Below the pieces are notes generated by a model that was given only the letters and a program-made list of their open reading frames with translations, was not told the DNA's origin and did not search any database. From the NCBI GenBank assembly GCA_021796895.1, contig JAKABN010000003.1, positions 1-38,704 of the forward strand: a stretch of 38,704 nucleotides of DNA. The letters are read 5' to 3'. Shown here piece by piece: positions 1-10,160 of this stretch (positions are counted from its first letter, which is position 1; every line of letters starts with the position of its first letter). The translations under genes and the position numbers were made by a program. Source of the stretch: Thermoplasmata archaeon. Its GTDB lineage: Archaea; Thermoplasmatota; Thermoplasmata; Sysuiplasmatales; Sysuiplasmataceae.

Positions 1-1224
1 AGACAGCGCTCACTCCTGATTTCATCCTCGGGGGGTTTCTTCATATGGGGCATCGTGGCCTCGATGGCCCCTCTTTCGCTGTCCTGGCCTTTCGTCAATG
101 GCAGCGATCCTCTGGTGAGGGTGCTCGTCCTCTCCGCCGGTCCGGCAGGGTTGCTCGCAGGGAACTTCATAATGGGCCTGCTGTCGGATGCGTTCGGCAG
201 GCGGAGAATATTCATCGCGACGATGGCGATGTACGGCATAGGCATAGTGCTGATTTCCATCGCCACGAAATTCCCGCTGCTGCTCGCAGGCGTGGTCGTG
301 TCGTCATTTGGCGTTGGCGGGGAAGAGGCGCCATCGCTTGCGCTCATTGCAGAAGATGTGCCGGTGAAGCAGCGCGGCAGGCTGCTGACACTGATTCCAA
401 ACTTTAACAACATAGGCAGTGCATTTGCAGCAGCGTTCTTCCTTTTCTCTGTCTCGGGCGCGGTGTTCATAGAACGGGCATATCTGCTGGTGTCATCCCT
501 CGCAATCATGGCACTCCTTGTTTTCACGAGAATGAAGATGCCGGAATCGTTCCGGTGGCTGCATTCCAGAGGAAGGGAAGAAGATGCGGAGAACGAGAAG
601 AGTGGACTCAACATAGGACCGGAAGGAGAGTCTGTGAGCCTTCCACCCCTGTGGAAGAGTTACATACTGCTCAGCGTACTCGGCGTTTCCCAGTTCCTGA
701 CATTCGGCCTCATGGCTTTCGTCCTGGGTCCTGATGAATTTCCATCCCAGACGGCACTGATAATTTTCGTTGCACTCGCGGGGGCCTCGATCAGCGGTTT
801 CGTGGCGGCGCCGCTCGTTTCGAGAGGGAGGAGAAGCTACACACTTATTTCATTCGGTGGCGGATTTGTCACGATTGTCGCCATTCTGATTGCGTTCAAC
901 AGCCTTTCAAACGAGTACGTGTTTCTGCCGCTTCTTTTCCTGAACATGGCATTCAGCGAATTTGCCTGGGCGGCGCGCACCACGCTGGAGCCGGAACTTT
1001 TTCCCACGGCCATTCGCGGAACGGGTATCGGTCTCGTCAGGGTTGTTCCCATCATTGCCTACATCGCGAGCATTGTGCTGCTGAGCAATACGGGCCTCTT
1101 CGACTTTGTCCTCATAAACGTGATTCTGTGGGGAGTGGGCCTTGCCGCTGCCACATACTGGTATTTCCGCGGTGTCGAGACGAGCAACATCAGCCCGGAT
1201 TTCAAGGGAGCAGACAATGTCTGA
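1..1224 (+). CDS. MFS transporter, 5'-truncated by the window edge; candidate thiamine/precursor transporter
   Basis: The frame is open from base 1 (RQRSLLISSSGGFFIWGIVA...). MFS motif A (GLLSDAFGRRR), PESFRWL and ELFPTAIRGTG are present, with many hydrophobic segments. First gene of the thiD-thiE cluster. Confidence 0.85.
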   Translation, partial: RQRSLLISSSGGFFIWGIVASMAPLSLSWPFVNGSDPLVRVLVLSAGPAGLLAGNFIMGLLSDAFGRRRIFIATMAMYGIGIVLISIATKFPLLLAGVVVSSFGVGGEEAPSLALIAEDVPVKQRGRLLTLIPNFNNIGSAFAAAFFLFSVSGAVFIERAYLLVSSLAIMALLVFTRMKMPESFRWLHSRGREEDAENEKSGLNIGPEGESVSLPPLWKSYILLSVLGVSQFLTFGLMAFVLGPDEFPSQTALIIFVALAGASISGFVAAPLVSRGRRSYTLISFGGGFVTIVAILIAFNSLSNEYVFLPLLFLNMAFSEFAWAARTTLEPELFPTAIRGTGIGLVRVVPIIAYIASIVLLSNTGLFDFVLINVILWGVGLAAATYWYFRGVETSNISPDFKGADNV

Positions 1225-2464
1225 AGCGGATGCACACGGGCGCCAGCCCGTCGAGGGCGGATACCGGGAATTGAAATATCATCTCGACGGAGCCGGATGG
1301 GGACGTTCCCATTCACTGGTATTCATCACACTTTCTGCGAGCCTGTTCGTCTGGGGCGTGGTTCTGGCTGTCGGACCCCTTGTGATTACATGGCCGGTCG
1401 TGACGGCTTCATCAGTGCTGTATGTGCTCGTGGCCGCGCCCTCCGGCCTGCTTGCGGGCAACCTGGTCATGGGTATCCTGGCAGATCGCGTTGGAAGAAA
1501 GAAATCGTTCATCATCACGCTCATCCTGTCAATCGCCGGCCTGTCTGGAATACTGCTCTCAGGCAACGTCCTGCTTCTGGTAATGTCCCTGTTCCTGACA
1601 GAATTCGGATTCGGCGGAGAAGAGACAGTATCGCTTGCACTGATATCGGAACTCTTTCCAATAAAATACCGCGGAATGGCCCTTGTAGGATCGACGAATT
1701 TTGCAAATGTCGGCGCCATGCTCGTGGCGTTCGCGTTCATTGTTTCACCCTTCTCCGTTGCGGACGAAAAAGTCATGATTGCAATAATGGCCGGGGCGGG
1801 GCTGGGCATAGCCCTTATCAGCAGATTGCTGGTACCCGAAAGTCTCAGATGGTCCTTCATCAGGGAGAAAGGCATGGAGGGGGCACAGCCGGCTGCACGG
1901 AAGAGTGTATTCGGTTTTGTAATGCTGGCGACAATTGCGAGCACGATAATACTGACATATGCTCTTCTGGCTCTTGTCCTGGGACCCTTTGAATTTCCGC
2001 ACCTTGTCGGCACCATAGTATTCACTTACAACCTGGGAGAATCTGTTGCGGGTTTTGCCGCGATTTTCATTGTATCGGTGCTGTCGAGAAAGGGCTTTGC
2101 CCTTTTCGCCTTCGCGGGCGGCTTTGTCACCATGCTGCCGTTCATCGCATACTACTACATCGCTCCCTCTTCGCTGCTCTTCTTCCTGTCCCTGCTGTTC
2201 ATCAACGGTGCGTTCGGAGAATTCGGATGGGCGGCAAGGAACATGATGCAGCCGGAACTCTTCACAACGAAACTCAGGGGCACGGGGATAGGGGCAGTCA
2301 GGAGCATAGGATATGTGCTTTACATAGCCACCATTTTTCTTGTATACGGCTTTACACCGGTGGAGTACATTTACTACGCAACTCTGATATGGCTTGCCGG
2401 CCTGATCGCCGCCGCTGCATGGTATGTGAAGGGAAGAGAAACTTCAGGTGAGAGCCTTGATTAG
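1217..2464 (+). CDS. MFS transporter, tandem paralogue of the upstream gene
   Basis: ATG at 1217 follows GGGAG and overlaps the previous stop. Motifs GILADRVGRKK, GGEE, ELFPIKYRG, PESLRW and PELFTTKLRGTG parallel those of the upstream gene. Confidence 0.85.
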   Translation: MSEADAHGRQPVEGGYRELKYHLDGAGWGRSHSLVFITLSASLFVWGVVLAVGPLVITWPVVTASSVLYVLVAAPSGLLAGNLVMGILADRVGRKKSFIITLILSIAGLSGILLSGNVLLLVMSLFLTEFGFGGEETVSLALISELFPIKYRGMALVGSTNFANVGAMLVAFAFIVSPFSVADEKVMIAIMAGAGLGIALISRLLVPESLRWSFIREKGMEGAQPAARKSVFGFVMLATIASTIILTYALLALVLGPFEFPHLVGTIVFTYNLGESVAGFAAIFIVSVLSRKGFALFAFAGGFVTMLPFIAYYYIAPSSLLFFLSLLFINGAFGEFGWAARNMMQPELFTTKLRGTGIGAVRSIGYVLYIATIFLVYGFTPVEYIYYATLIWLAGLIAAAAWYVKGRETSGESLD

Positions 2465-2486
2465 AATCGGAGAGGAGGTTCATTGA

Positions 2487-3281
2487 GTGCGTGGACGCGC
2501 GCTGACTGTAGGAGGATCTGACTCTGGCGGGGGAGCCGGGGTGCAGGCGGATCTGAAGACGTTCAATGCCCTTTCAGTGTTCGGAAGTTCGGCCATTGTC
2601 GCCATCACTGCGCAGAACAGCGTGGAGGTATCGGGCATAATGCCGGTTCCCGTCCGCTTTGTGGAGAAGCAGATCGAGGCGGTGCTCGTGGACATAGGCA
2701 CGGATGCCGTGAAGACAGGAATGCTGTACTCGGCGGAAATAATTGAAGCCGTTGCACACAAATTGAAAAAATACGATGTGCGGAACGTGGTGGTTGATCC
2801 TGTCATGGTAGCCAAAACGGGTGCGAGACTCCTCAGAAAGAATGCCGTGGAAACGCTCATGACAGGACTGCTGCCGATTTCGCTGCTTGCCACGCCGAAC
2901 ATACCCGAAGCGGAGATTATGGCCGACATGAAAATAACGTCGGAAGAGGACATGCGGAGCGCCGCACGAAAAATAAACGAGACGACCGGTGCGAACGTGC
3001 TTGTGAAAGGAGGACACGGTGCCGGCAGCCGTTCGACTGATGTCTTCTTCAGCGGCTCCGGGTACCGCAGTTTCTCCGGTGAAAGGATCAAAACGCGGAA
3101 CACACACGGGACAGGGGATACGCTTTCCGCAGCCATAACCGCATATCTTGCCAGGGGCAGGAACATTGAGGATGCGGTGAGTGCGGGCAGGGAGTTCCTG
3201 CAGTCGGCCGTAGAGCACTCCTTTCCAGTGGGCAGGGGTTTCGGCAGCCTCGATCACTCATGGAGGTTGAATGATGACTGA
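2487..3281 (+). CDS. thiD: Hydroxymethylpyrimidine/phosphomethylpyrimidine kinase
   Basis: GGSDSGGGAGVQADLKT, VKTGML, VVDPVM, TPNIPEA and HGTGDTLS motifs. GTG start after GGAGG. Confidence 0.95.
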   Translation: MRGRALTVGGSDSGGGAGVQADLKTFNALSVFGSSAIVAITAQNSVEVSGIMPVPVRFVEKQIEAVLVDIGTDAVKTGMLYSAEIIEAVAHKLKKYDVRNVVVDPVMVAKTGARLLRKNAVETLMTGLLPISLLATPNIPEAEIMADMKITSEEDMRSAARKINETTGANVLVKGGHGAGSRSTDVFFSGSGYRSFSGERIKTRNTHGTGDTLSAAITAYLARGRNIEDAVSAGREFLQSAVEHSFPVGRGFGSLDHSWRLNDD

Positions 3282-4329
3282 AGAGTTCGGTAAAATAACG
3301 CGTGATTTTTTCGACAGGAACATAAGAGAGAAGCTGGGGCACAGAAGGAAAGAGGTGCTCGTGCCTCCCGGAAACGGCGTCGATGTGGGAATAGTCAGGC
3401 TGCACAGAGACCTTGTCATGGCAATCACCACAGATCCTTTCTACATTGTGCCGGCGTACGGATGGCAGAAGGCGGCGTGGTTTGCTTTCCACATCATCGC
3501 TTCAGATCTGTGCACATCCGGTCTGCCGCCGGAGTACCTCTCCGTGGATCTCAACCTGCCGCTGTCCATAACAGACGACGAGTTCAGGCAGCTATGGAAC
3601 ACTGTTGACAGGGAGGGAAAAAAATACGGAGTCTCCGTGGTAACGGGCCACACCGCAAGGTACGAAGGCACGGATTATCCCATGGTGGGAGGGGCCACCA
3701 TGATAGGCACGGGTCCGGCGAACGGATATGTCACATCCGCAATGGCAAAGACTGGCGATGCGGTAATCGTTACCAAGACAGCGGGGCTTGAAGCAACCGC
3801 GATTTTCTCCCATCTGTTTCCCGGGCACGTAGAGAAGAATCTGGGAAAAGACATTCTCAGAAGGGGACAGCGGCTCTTTGGCAGCATGTCGACTGTGAAC
3901 GAGTCGCTGGCTGCTGCATCGTTCGGACTCAGGAAAAACGGAGTTACTTCGATGCACGACGCAACAGAGGGCGGTGTTCTGGGCGCGCTGTATGAAGTGG
4001 CCGAAGCTTCAGGAAAGGGAATAACGGTCAATGCAGAAAAAGTACCGGTGAACAGCGAGGTGCGCGAAATTTGCGGATTGTTCGGAATGCGGCCGCTTCA
4101 CTCGATAAGCGAAGGATCGCTGATAATGACCGTCAGAAGGGACAGGTGCGAAGATCTGCTGTCAATGCTGAAATCCCGCAGGATAAAAGCGACAGAGGTG
4201 GGCAGCATAACCGCTGCCGGCATGGGCAAGAGAGTAGTCACTGCAGGCAGGACGGATGAGCTCATTCCACCGGGCAAGGATGATTTCTGGAAGGCAATAC
4301 ACACTGCAGCGAAGGAGCGGCTAAGTTGA
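3271..4329 (+). CDS. AIR synthase-related (PurM/HypE/ThiL-fold) ATP-utilising protein
   Basis: PGNGVDVG, TTDP, SDLCTSG, VTGHT, GDAVIVTK, MHDATEGG and ISEGSL motifs. Overlaps both thiD and thiE. Confidence 0.85.
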   Translation: MMTEEFGKITRDFFDRNIREKLGHRRKEVLVPPGNGVDVGIVRLHRDLVMAITTDPFYIVPAYGWQKAAWFAFHIIASDLCTSGLPPEYLSVDLNLPLSITDDEFRQLWNTVDREGKKYGVSVVTGHTARYEGTDYPMVGGATMIGTGPANGYVTSAMAKTGDAVIVTKTAGLEATAIFSHLFPGHVEKNLGKDILRRGQRLFGSMSTVNESLAAASFGLRKNGVTSMHDATEGGVLGALYEVAEASGKGITVNAEKVPVNSEVREICGLFGMRPLHSISEGSLIMTVRRDRCEDLLSMLKSRRIKATEVGSITAAGMGKRVVTAGRTDELIPPGKDDFWKAIHTAAKERLS

Positions 4330-4937
4330 GTTACAGCGGACTGTATCTCGTGACTCCGGATTACACGCCCGGAAATTTCTTCGATATTGTAGAGGGCGCT
4401 ATCGCGGGCGGCGTCGACCTTCTTCAGTACAGGGACAAGAGCAATACGAAACAGCTCAGGACGGAGGTTGCCGAAAAACTACGCTCGATTTGCAGCAGCA
4501 GCGGCATTCCTTTTATCGTAAATGACGACATCGACCTGGCGGTGATATCCGGCGCTGACGGAGTACATATAGGAACGGGTGACACGCCGTACCCTGCAGC
4601 CAGAGAGAAAGCGGGAAAGCGCACAGTAGGCGTTTCTGTCTACGGAGACACTGAAATGGCCCTGCAGTATGAGGGACTGGGTGCCGATTATGTTTCGTTC
4701 GGTCCATTCTTCCATACAGACTCCAAAGAGGGCGCCGGGATTTATGACATCGGAGTACTTGAAGAAGCCCGCTCCAGGCTGAGCGTGCCGGTATTCGCAA
4801 TCGGCGGAATCACGGAGGAAAATATTTCGGAAGTCGTTGCTTTCGGCATTGACGGGATAGCGGTAATCTCGGCCGTCTTCCGTTCCACTGACCCGGAATC
4901 GGCGGCGAGAAGGCTCAAGAGGCTGATGAGTAAATGA
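4326..4937 (+). CDS. thiE: Thiamine-phosphate synthase
   Basis: LYLVT, QYRDK, IVNDDIDLA, DGVHIG, AIGGI and GIAVISA motifs. TTG start overlaps the upstream stop. Confidence 0.95.
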   Translation: MSYSGLYLVTPDYTPGNFFDIVEGAIAGGVDLLQYRDKSNTKQLRTEVAEKLRSICSSSGIPFIVNDDIDLAVISGADGVHIGTGDTPYPAAREKAGKRTVGVSVYGDTEMALQYEGLGADYVSFGPFFHTDSKEGAGIYDIGVLEEARSRLSVPVFAIGGITEENISEVVAFGIDGIAVISAVFRSTDPESAARRLKRLMSK

Positions 4938-5057
4938 GAGAGGCACCACATCGTGTTCTGAACGTTCCTCAGGCATCGCGGCGATGACTGCAGGAAGGGC
5001 CGTGATCAGGAAGGCAAAACAGCGAATTGCGGCAGCATTTCAGCCTGTTCGGCTGGT

Positions 5058-5072
5058 GGAAACGTATATATT
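5058..5072 (+). promoter_or_regulatory. Putative BRE/TATA promoter of the rps12-rps7-EF2 operon
   Basis: GGAAACG-TATATATT about 105 nt upstream of rps12; GAGGAG Shine-Dalgarno before the ATG. Confidence 0.55.
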
Positions 5073-5174
5073 GGGAGTCATTTTGCTATTAATCCGAACT
5101 AAGAGGCGGGCATGCCGCTTTCCCCGGCATCAGGGAGCAGTGCGCCGGCGTCACGTTTGATCTGAGGAGATTTA

Positions 5175-5603
5175 ATGGCCAGAGGAATGAACACAGCAAG
5201 AAAGCTCAAAAACAACAGGAAGAAATTCAGGTGGAGCGAGAGAGCCTACAAGAAGAGGATTCTCAAGCTCAAGGAGAAATCCGATCCTCTGGAAGGCGCT
5301 CCTCAGGCCCGCGGCATAGTGCTGGAGAAGGTTGGAATAGAGGCAAAACAGCCGAATTCCGCAATACGGAAATGCGTGAAGGTCCAGCTTATAAAGAACG
5401 GAAGGCAGGTAACTGCATTTGCAGTCGGCGACGGCGCAATAAACTTCATAGACGAGCATGACGAGGTGCTGGTGGAGGGAATAGGCGGCAGAATGGGCAG
5501 GTCATACGGCGATATTCCCGGCGTCAGATACAAGGTCATCAAGGTGAACAACGTGTCATTGAATGAACTCGTGAGAGGAAGAAAGGAAAAGCCGGTCAGG
5601 TGA
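5175..5603 (+). CDS. rps12: 30S ribosomal protein uS12 (archaeal)
   Basis: [17 protein letters not shown] and [10 protein letters not shown]; 142 aa. Confidence 0.98.
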   Translation: MARGMNTARKLKNNRKKFRWSERAYKKRILKLKEKSDPLEGAPQARGIVLEKVGIEAKQPNSAIRKCVKVQLIKNGRQVTAFAVGDGAINFIDEHDEVLVEGIGGRMGRSYGDIPGVRYKVIKVNNVSLNELVRGRKEKPVR

Positions 5604-5607
5604 ACAT

Positions 5608-6258
5608 ATGCCTGAAGAAGATATTGAAAACAGTGAGATGGAAGAGCAGACGGAGAGCAGCACTGCACAGCCGGGACCGGAAAACGTGCTTCTTTACAGC
5701 GCCCCTCTTTTCGGTAAGTACGACATGGCCGAAGTCGCTGTCTCTGATCGCGGACTCGCCAAATACATTAATCTGACTCCGATATACGTTCCGCACACTG
5801 CAGGGAAACACGCCAACAGGAATTTTGCCAAGAGCCGCCTCAACATCGTCGAGAGGCTGGCAAATCAGATGATGCGGACGGAAACATACACGGGCAAGAA
5901 GAGCAAGTCTCTGAAGGTTATCGAGCATGCGTTTGGAATCATACATTCAAAGACGGGAAAGAATCCGGTGCAGCTGCTTGTGACAGCCCTCGAACATGCC
6001 GCGCCGAGGGAGGAAATAACGAGACTGCAGTTCGGCGGGATTTCAGTGCCGAAAGCAGTCGACGTGTCGTCTTCGAGAAGACTGGATCTTGCACTGAGGC
6101 ACGTCTGCCTCGGTGCTATTGAAGCATCGCACGGTTCAACGAAACCCATCGCGCAGTGCCTGGCAGACGAAATTATTCTTGCATCGAACGGCGATATGAC
6201 AAGTTCTGCTGTTTCCAAGAGAGATGAAATTGAAAGAGTTGCGATGTCGGCACGTTAA
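5608..6258 (+). CDS. rps7: 30S ribosomal protein uS7 (archaeal)
   Basis: PHTAGKH, IVERLAN, AAPREE, AVDVSSSRRLDLAL and EIERVAMSAR; acidic N-terminal extension. Confidence 0.97.
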   Translation: MPEEDIENSEMEEQTESSTAQPGPENVLLYSAPLFGKYDMAEVAVSDRGLAKYINLTPIYVPHTAGKHANRNFAKSRLNIVERLANQMMRTETYTGKKSKSLKVIEHAFGIIHSKTGKNPVQLLVTALEHAAPREEITRLQFGGISVPKAVDVSSSRRLDLALRHVCLGAIEASHGSTKPIAQCLADEIILASNGDMTSSAVSKRDEIERVAMSAR

Positions 6259-6284
6259 CTTTGTTTTTGTAAAGGGCGATTGAT

Positions 6285-9200
6285 TTGGGAAGAAAGGAAG
6301 ACAATATTGCAAAGGCTCAGGCCATAATGAAGGATCCGAAATTCATAAGGAATATCGGAACTGCGGCGCACATCGATCACGGGAAGTGCATGACCGGCGA
6401 GGCGATGGTATTTACCAGCGGAGCATGGATAGAGGCGAAAGCGCTTTACTCGAAGTATGCGGCGGGACAGCCCGTTTTCTCCGACAGGGATCAGACCGTA
6501 TATGCGGCTGGTGGCGAGGAATGTACAATATCGCTCAACACTTCCGGCATGATACTTGAGAAGAGGAGAATCACGCACGTCTGGAAGATCAGAAACGATG
6601 AGCGGCTGGTCAGGATTGTTCCGCGTTCAGGCAGAACGGTGACAGTCACACCAGAGCACAAATTCATTGTCTACAGGAAAGATTCCATCCAGGAAGTCAA
6701 ATCTTCGGAACTGGTAATAGGCGACAGGCTGATTGTCCCGACTCGAGTGGACATTGAAGAGTCGGTGATAGACGACAGCGTGTTCACAGGACTCACGGGA
6801 ATAAGCACAGCTCCCGCGGCGCTGAAGGAGGCTGCGGCGGCAATCAGCTCTGCTGTTTCGAAAGCAGAGGAAACCGGGCTGCTGGGCATCCTGTTCGGAC
6901 ACGGCGTCAGCGCCGGTATATTCACGAGGCTGGAAAAAGGAACGATGTTCGCACTGTCCGCCGCAATACTGGACACAATGGATTTCGGGCGGAACACTTC
7001 GCAGCAGAGAAAAGTGCTCGGAGTCATTGCGCTTTCCATGCTCAGGTACGGCCACCGGTTCATGCTTGATCCTGCTGATCCGGACTTCATTTATGAGATG
7101 GACAGGCTCAGAGGCATATTGAGCGGTGATTGCGACGATGCGGGCGGCGTGAACGGCGGCGCCGGTGTGCTGATGATGGCCGGAGACCGTTCTGTCTCTG
7201 TTCTGGTTCCGGGACTTCCTTCGACGCTTTCGGTTGTCGACATCGAGGGAATAGAGAGCGCGTACGATGAGTTTGTATTTGACTTCTCGGTGGATGAGAC
7301 ACACAATCTTCTTGTTGAGGGCCTCATCATACACAACACGACTCTGAGTGACAATCTGATAGCCGGCGCAGGCATGATGAGCGAGGAACTGGCCGGCAAA
7401 CAGCTCCTCCTTGACTATGATGAACAGGAGCAGGCAAGGGGAATTACCATAAACGCGGCCAACGCCTCAATGGTGCAGGAGATAGACGGGGAACACTATC
7501 TCATCAATCTCATCGATACTCCGGGACACGTCGACTTCGGCGGCGACGTGACGAGGGCGATGAGGGCCATTGACGGTGTCATAATACTTGTGGATGCCGT
7601 AGAACAGGTCATGCCTCAGACAGAGACGGTCATCAGGCAGGCGCTGAGAGAGAGGGTCCGTCCCATACTGTTCATAAACAAGGTCGACCGCCTGATCAAT
7701 GAGCTGAAGGTCACTCCCGAGGACATGCAGAAGAGATTCGTGAGCATAATCAATGACGTCAACAAGAGGATCCATGCCGCGGCACCCGAGGAACTCAAGA
7801 AACAGTGGGGTGTCCGTGTAGAGGACGGGACAGTGCTGTTCGGCAGCGCCTACAACAACTGGGCCATTTCTGCAGCATATATGAAGAAGTCGGGCATAAC
7901 TTTTGCCGATATTTACAATTACCTGAGCAGAGGGGATCAGAAGACTCTAGCACAGAGAATACCACTGCACAAGGTGGTCCTGGAATCGGTAGTAAAGAAT
8001 CATCCCAGCCCCATCGTTGCGCAGCAGCTGAGGATACCGGCAATCTGGAAAGGGGATCTGACTTCCGAAGTCGGCACTTCGATGCTCAATGTGGAACCTG
8101 ACGGCCCGACGATCTTCATGGTCACCAAGATAATCATAGATCCGCATGCCGGTGAGGTTGCCGTCGGAAGACTCTTTTCCGGTACACTGAAGCGCGGACT
8201 GGAGCTCTATGTGTCCGGGATGCACCAGCCGAACAGAGTGCAGACAGTCGCCCTGTCTGTCGGAGCGGACAGGATAACTGTTGATGAAATCAGGGCGGGC
8301 AATATAGCAGCTGTCACGGGCCTCAAGGACGCTATAGCGGGGTCGACAGTCTCGTCTGTGCAGGGAATCGAACCGTTCGAAAGGATGGTTCATTACAGTG
8401 AACCGGTGGTGACCGTTGCCATCGAGGCGAAGCAGATGAAGGATCTTCCGAAGCTCATAGAAGTGCTGAGGAACGTCGGAAAGGCCGATCCATCAATAAC
8501 GGTGGAGATTAACCAGGAGACCGGTGAACACCTCCTCTCGGGAATGGGCGAACTGCATCTCGAGGTAACTCAGTACAGGATAGTCAATGACTACAAGTGT
8601 GAAATCAATGCATCCAAGCCGATAGTCGTTTACAGGGAGAGTGTCGAGGGGCAGGGTGGTCCGTTTGAGGGTAAGTCTCCGAACAAGCACAACAGGTTCT
8701 ACGTCGAGGTTGAACCGCTGGAACAGAGCGTCGTGGATGCCATCACTGGCGGCGAAATCAAGACGGAGGGCAGAATAAAGGATTCGAAGGCACTCGCAAA
8801 AAAGCTGCAGGAACTGGGGATGGAGCGGGACGAGGCCAGGGGAGTGCAGATGTTTTATGGCACAAATGTGCTGATTGATTACACGAAGGGCATTCAGTAT
8901 CTCTTTGAGACGATGGAGCTGTGCAAGCAGTCGTACGAGGAGGCGATGCGCCTCGGTCCCCTTGCGCAGGAGAGGGTCATGAATCTCAAGGTCAAGATTG
9001 TCGATGCCAAACTGCACGAGGACAGCATACACAGGGGACCAGCCCAGGTCATTCCGGCGACCCGTTCGGCAATATATGGCGCGATGGCCGTTGCCGGAAG
9101 GGTGCTCTACGAACCGGTACAGAAAATATACATCAACGTGCCGCCGGACGTGATGGGCGATGCCATCAGGGAGATTCAGCAGCGGCGCGGGGTTATACTG

Positions 9201-9434
9201 GACATGAGGCAGGAAGGAGAGAACACGGTAGTGGAGTCAAAGGCTCCGGTATCGGAAATGTTCGGCTTCGCCAGTGCTATAAGAAGCGCAACGCAGGGAA
9301 GGGCCCTGTGGTCCACTGAGAATGCAGGCTATGAGAAGATGCCGAAGGAGATAGCAGACAAGGTGGTGCCGGAGATAAGGAAGAGAAAGGGCCTGAGTCC
9401 GCAGCCGTACGATGCAAACTACTACTCCGACTGA
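6285..9434 (+). CDS. fusA: Translation elongation factor aEF-2, intein-containing precursor
   Basis: [33 protein letters not shown] and diphthamide loop [11 protein letters not shown]. 1049 aa minus the 317-aa insert gives 732 aa, a normal aEF-2 length. TTG start. Confidence 0.97.
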   Translation: MGRKEDNIAKAQAIMKDPKFIRNIGTAAHIDHGKCMTGEAMVFTSGAWIEAKALYSKYAAGQPVFSDRDQTVYAAGGEECTISLNTSGMILEKRRITHVWKIRNDERLVRIVPRSGRTVTVTPEHKFIVYRKDSIQEVKSSELVIGDRLIVPTRVDIEESVIDDSVFTGLTGISTAPAALKEAAAAISSAVSKAEETGLLGILFGHGVSAGIFTRLEKGTMFALSAAILDTMDFGRNTSQQRKVLGVIALSMLRYGHRFMLDPADPDFIYEMDRLRGILSGDCDDAGGVNGGAGVLMMAGDRSVSVLVPGLPSTLSVVDIEGIESAYDEFVFDFSVDETHNLLVEGLIIHNTTLSDNLIAGAGMMSEELAGKQLLLDYDEQEQARGITINAANASMVQEIDGEHYLINLIDTPGHVDFGGDVTRAMRAIDGVIILVDAVEQVMPQTETVIRQALRERVRPILFINKVDRLINELKVTPEDMQKRFVSIINDVNKRIHAAAPEELKKQWGVRVEDGTVLFGSAYNNWAISAAYMKKSGITFADIYNYLSRGDQKTLAQRIPLHKVVLESVVKNHPSPIVAQQLRIPAIWKGDLTSEVGTSMLNVEPDGPTIFMVTKIIIDPHAGEVAVGRLFSGTLKRGLELYVSGMHQPNRVQTVALSVGADRITVDEIRAGNIAAVTGLKDAIAGSTVSSVQGIEPFERMVHYSEPVVTVAIEAKQMKDLPKLIEVLRNVGKADPSITVEINQETGEHLLSGMGELHLEVTQYRIVNDYKCEINASKPIVVYRESVEGQGGPFEGKSPNKHNRFYVEVEPLEQSVVDAITGGEIKTEGRIKDSKALAKKLQELGMERDEARGVQMFYGTNVLIDYTKGIQYLFETMELCKQSYEEAMRLGPLAQERVMNLKVKIVDAKLHEDSIHRGPAQVIPATRSAIYGAMAVAGRVLYEPVQKIYINVPPDVMGDAIREIQQRRGVILDMRQEGENTVVESKAPVSEMFGFASAIRSATQGRALWSTENAGYEKMPKEIADKVVPEIRKRKGLSPQPYDANYYSD
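6387..7337 (+). mobile_element. Intein in the EF-2 G1/P-loop, with a probably degenerate LAGLIDADG region
   Basis: In-frame insert GK|CMTGEAMV...TVTPEHKF...[21 protein letters not shown]|T. It has Cys1, block B TxxH, block F, terminal His-Asn and +1 Thr. Confidence 0.95.
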
Positions 9435-9436
9435 GA

Positions 9437-10012
9437 TCACAGAACAGAGAATATGAAATACCCGGCAAAGAGCAGCATAATGATTGCGGAAGCGATTGTG
9501 ACCGCCCTCGACGCTCCCGGATGCCTCCTTGTGCTCAGGTGAAGCATCACTGGAAATATGACGATCCATGCCGCTACCGCCGTGAACAATCCGGCCATGA
9601 GCGTTATGCCGCCGATGAATGCAAATGCGAGCCCGGCCGTAAGCCACCAGAGAATCTGGAAGGGATTTGTTATGCCCATGAGCACTGCCGTGGAGTATGT
9701 TCTGAGCGTTGGTTCTTCGTTCACTGCTGCGTTTCGGGCTGTAATCATGAAATACGCAAGTGCGGAGAGCACGCACGCGCCGACGATATAAATTAGCTTT
9801 ATGACAGCCTGAATGTCTATGAACGTCCTGGCGAGGTAGACAGCGACGCCGAGTAACATGTCTGCACTCATTGCACCCGTTCCGGCGATAATGCCCGTTC
9901 TCGTCCCGCTGGCGGCAGTTTTTGATGCGATGAAGGCGTTCATCGGACCCGGCGGAACTGTCAGTGAGAAACCCAGCGCCAGACCGGACACAATCAAAAC
10001 GAGTTCCTGCAA
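9437..10012 (-). CDS. LysE/RhtB-family amino acid exporter
   Basis: GFSLTVPPGPMN, GAMSAD and TNPFQILWW motifs; about 6 TM segments; 191 aa. Confidence 0.88.
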   Translation of the reverse strand: MQELVLIVSGLALGFSLTVPPGPMNAFIASKTAASGTRTGIIAGTGAMSADMLLGVAVYLARTFIDIQAVIKLIYIVGACVLSALAYFMITARNAAVNEEPTLRTYSTAVLMGITNPFQILWWLTAGLAFAFIGGITLMAGLFTAVAAWIVIFPVMLHLSTRRHPGASRAVTIASAIIMLLFAGYFIFSVL

Positions 10013-10146
10013 GTGTCCATTACCTCAACTTGGCGGCGATGTGGCCGGACAGCATTAAGCTGCCGGCGTGGTGATGTATGCGATGGAGCGTTACTGCATA
10101 CCCTGATTTCACTGAAACCGTTCGTGCACTGGCACTTCGGCTATGT

Positions 10147-10160
10147 GAAAATATTATATA
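10147..10160 (+). promoter_or_regulatory. Putative BRE/TATA promoter of tuf-rps10
   Basis: GAAAATA-TTATATA about 60 nt upstream of the tuf ATG. Confidence 0.55.

Noticed and set aside
10040-10110. Possible C/D-box sRNA or fluoride riboswitch between lysE and tuf
   Set aside because: Only partial box-like words (GTGATGT, CTGA, GCGATGGAG) and one short stem; consensus spacing and pairings are absent.
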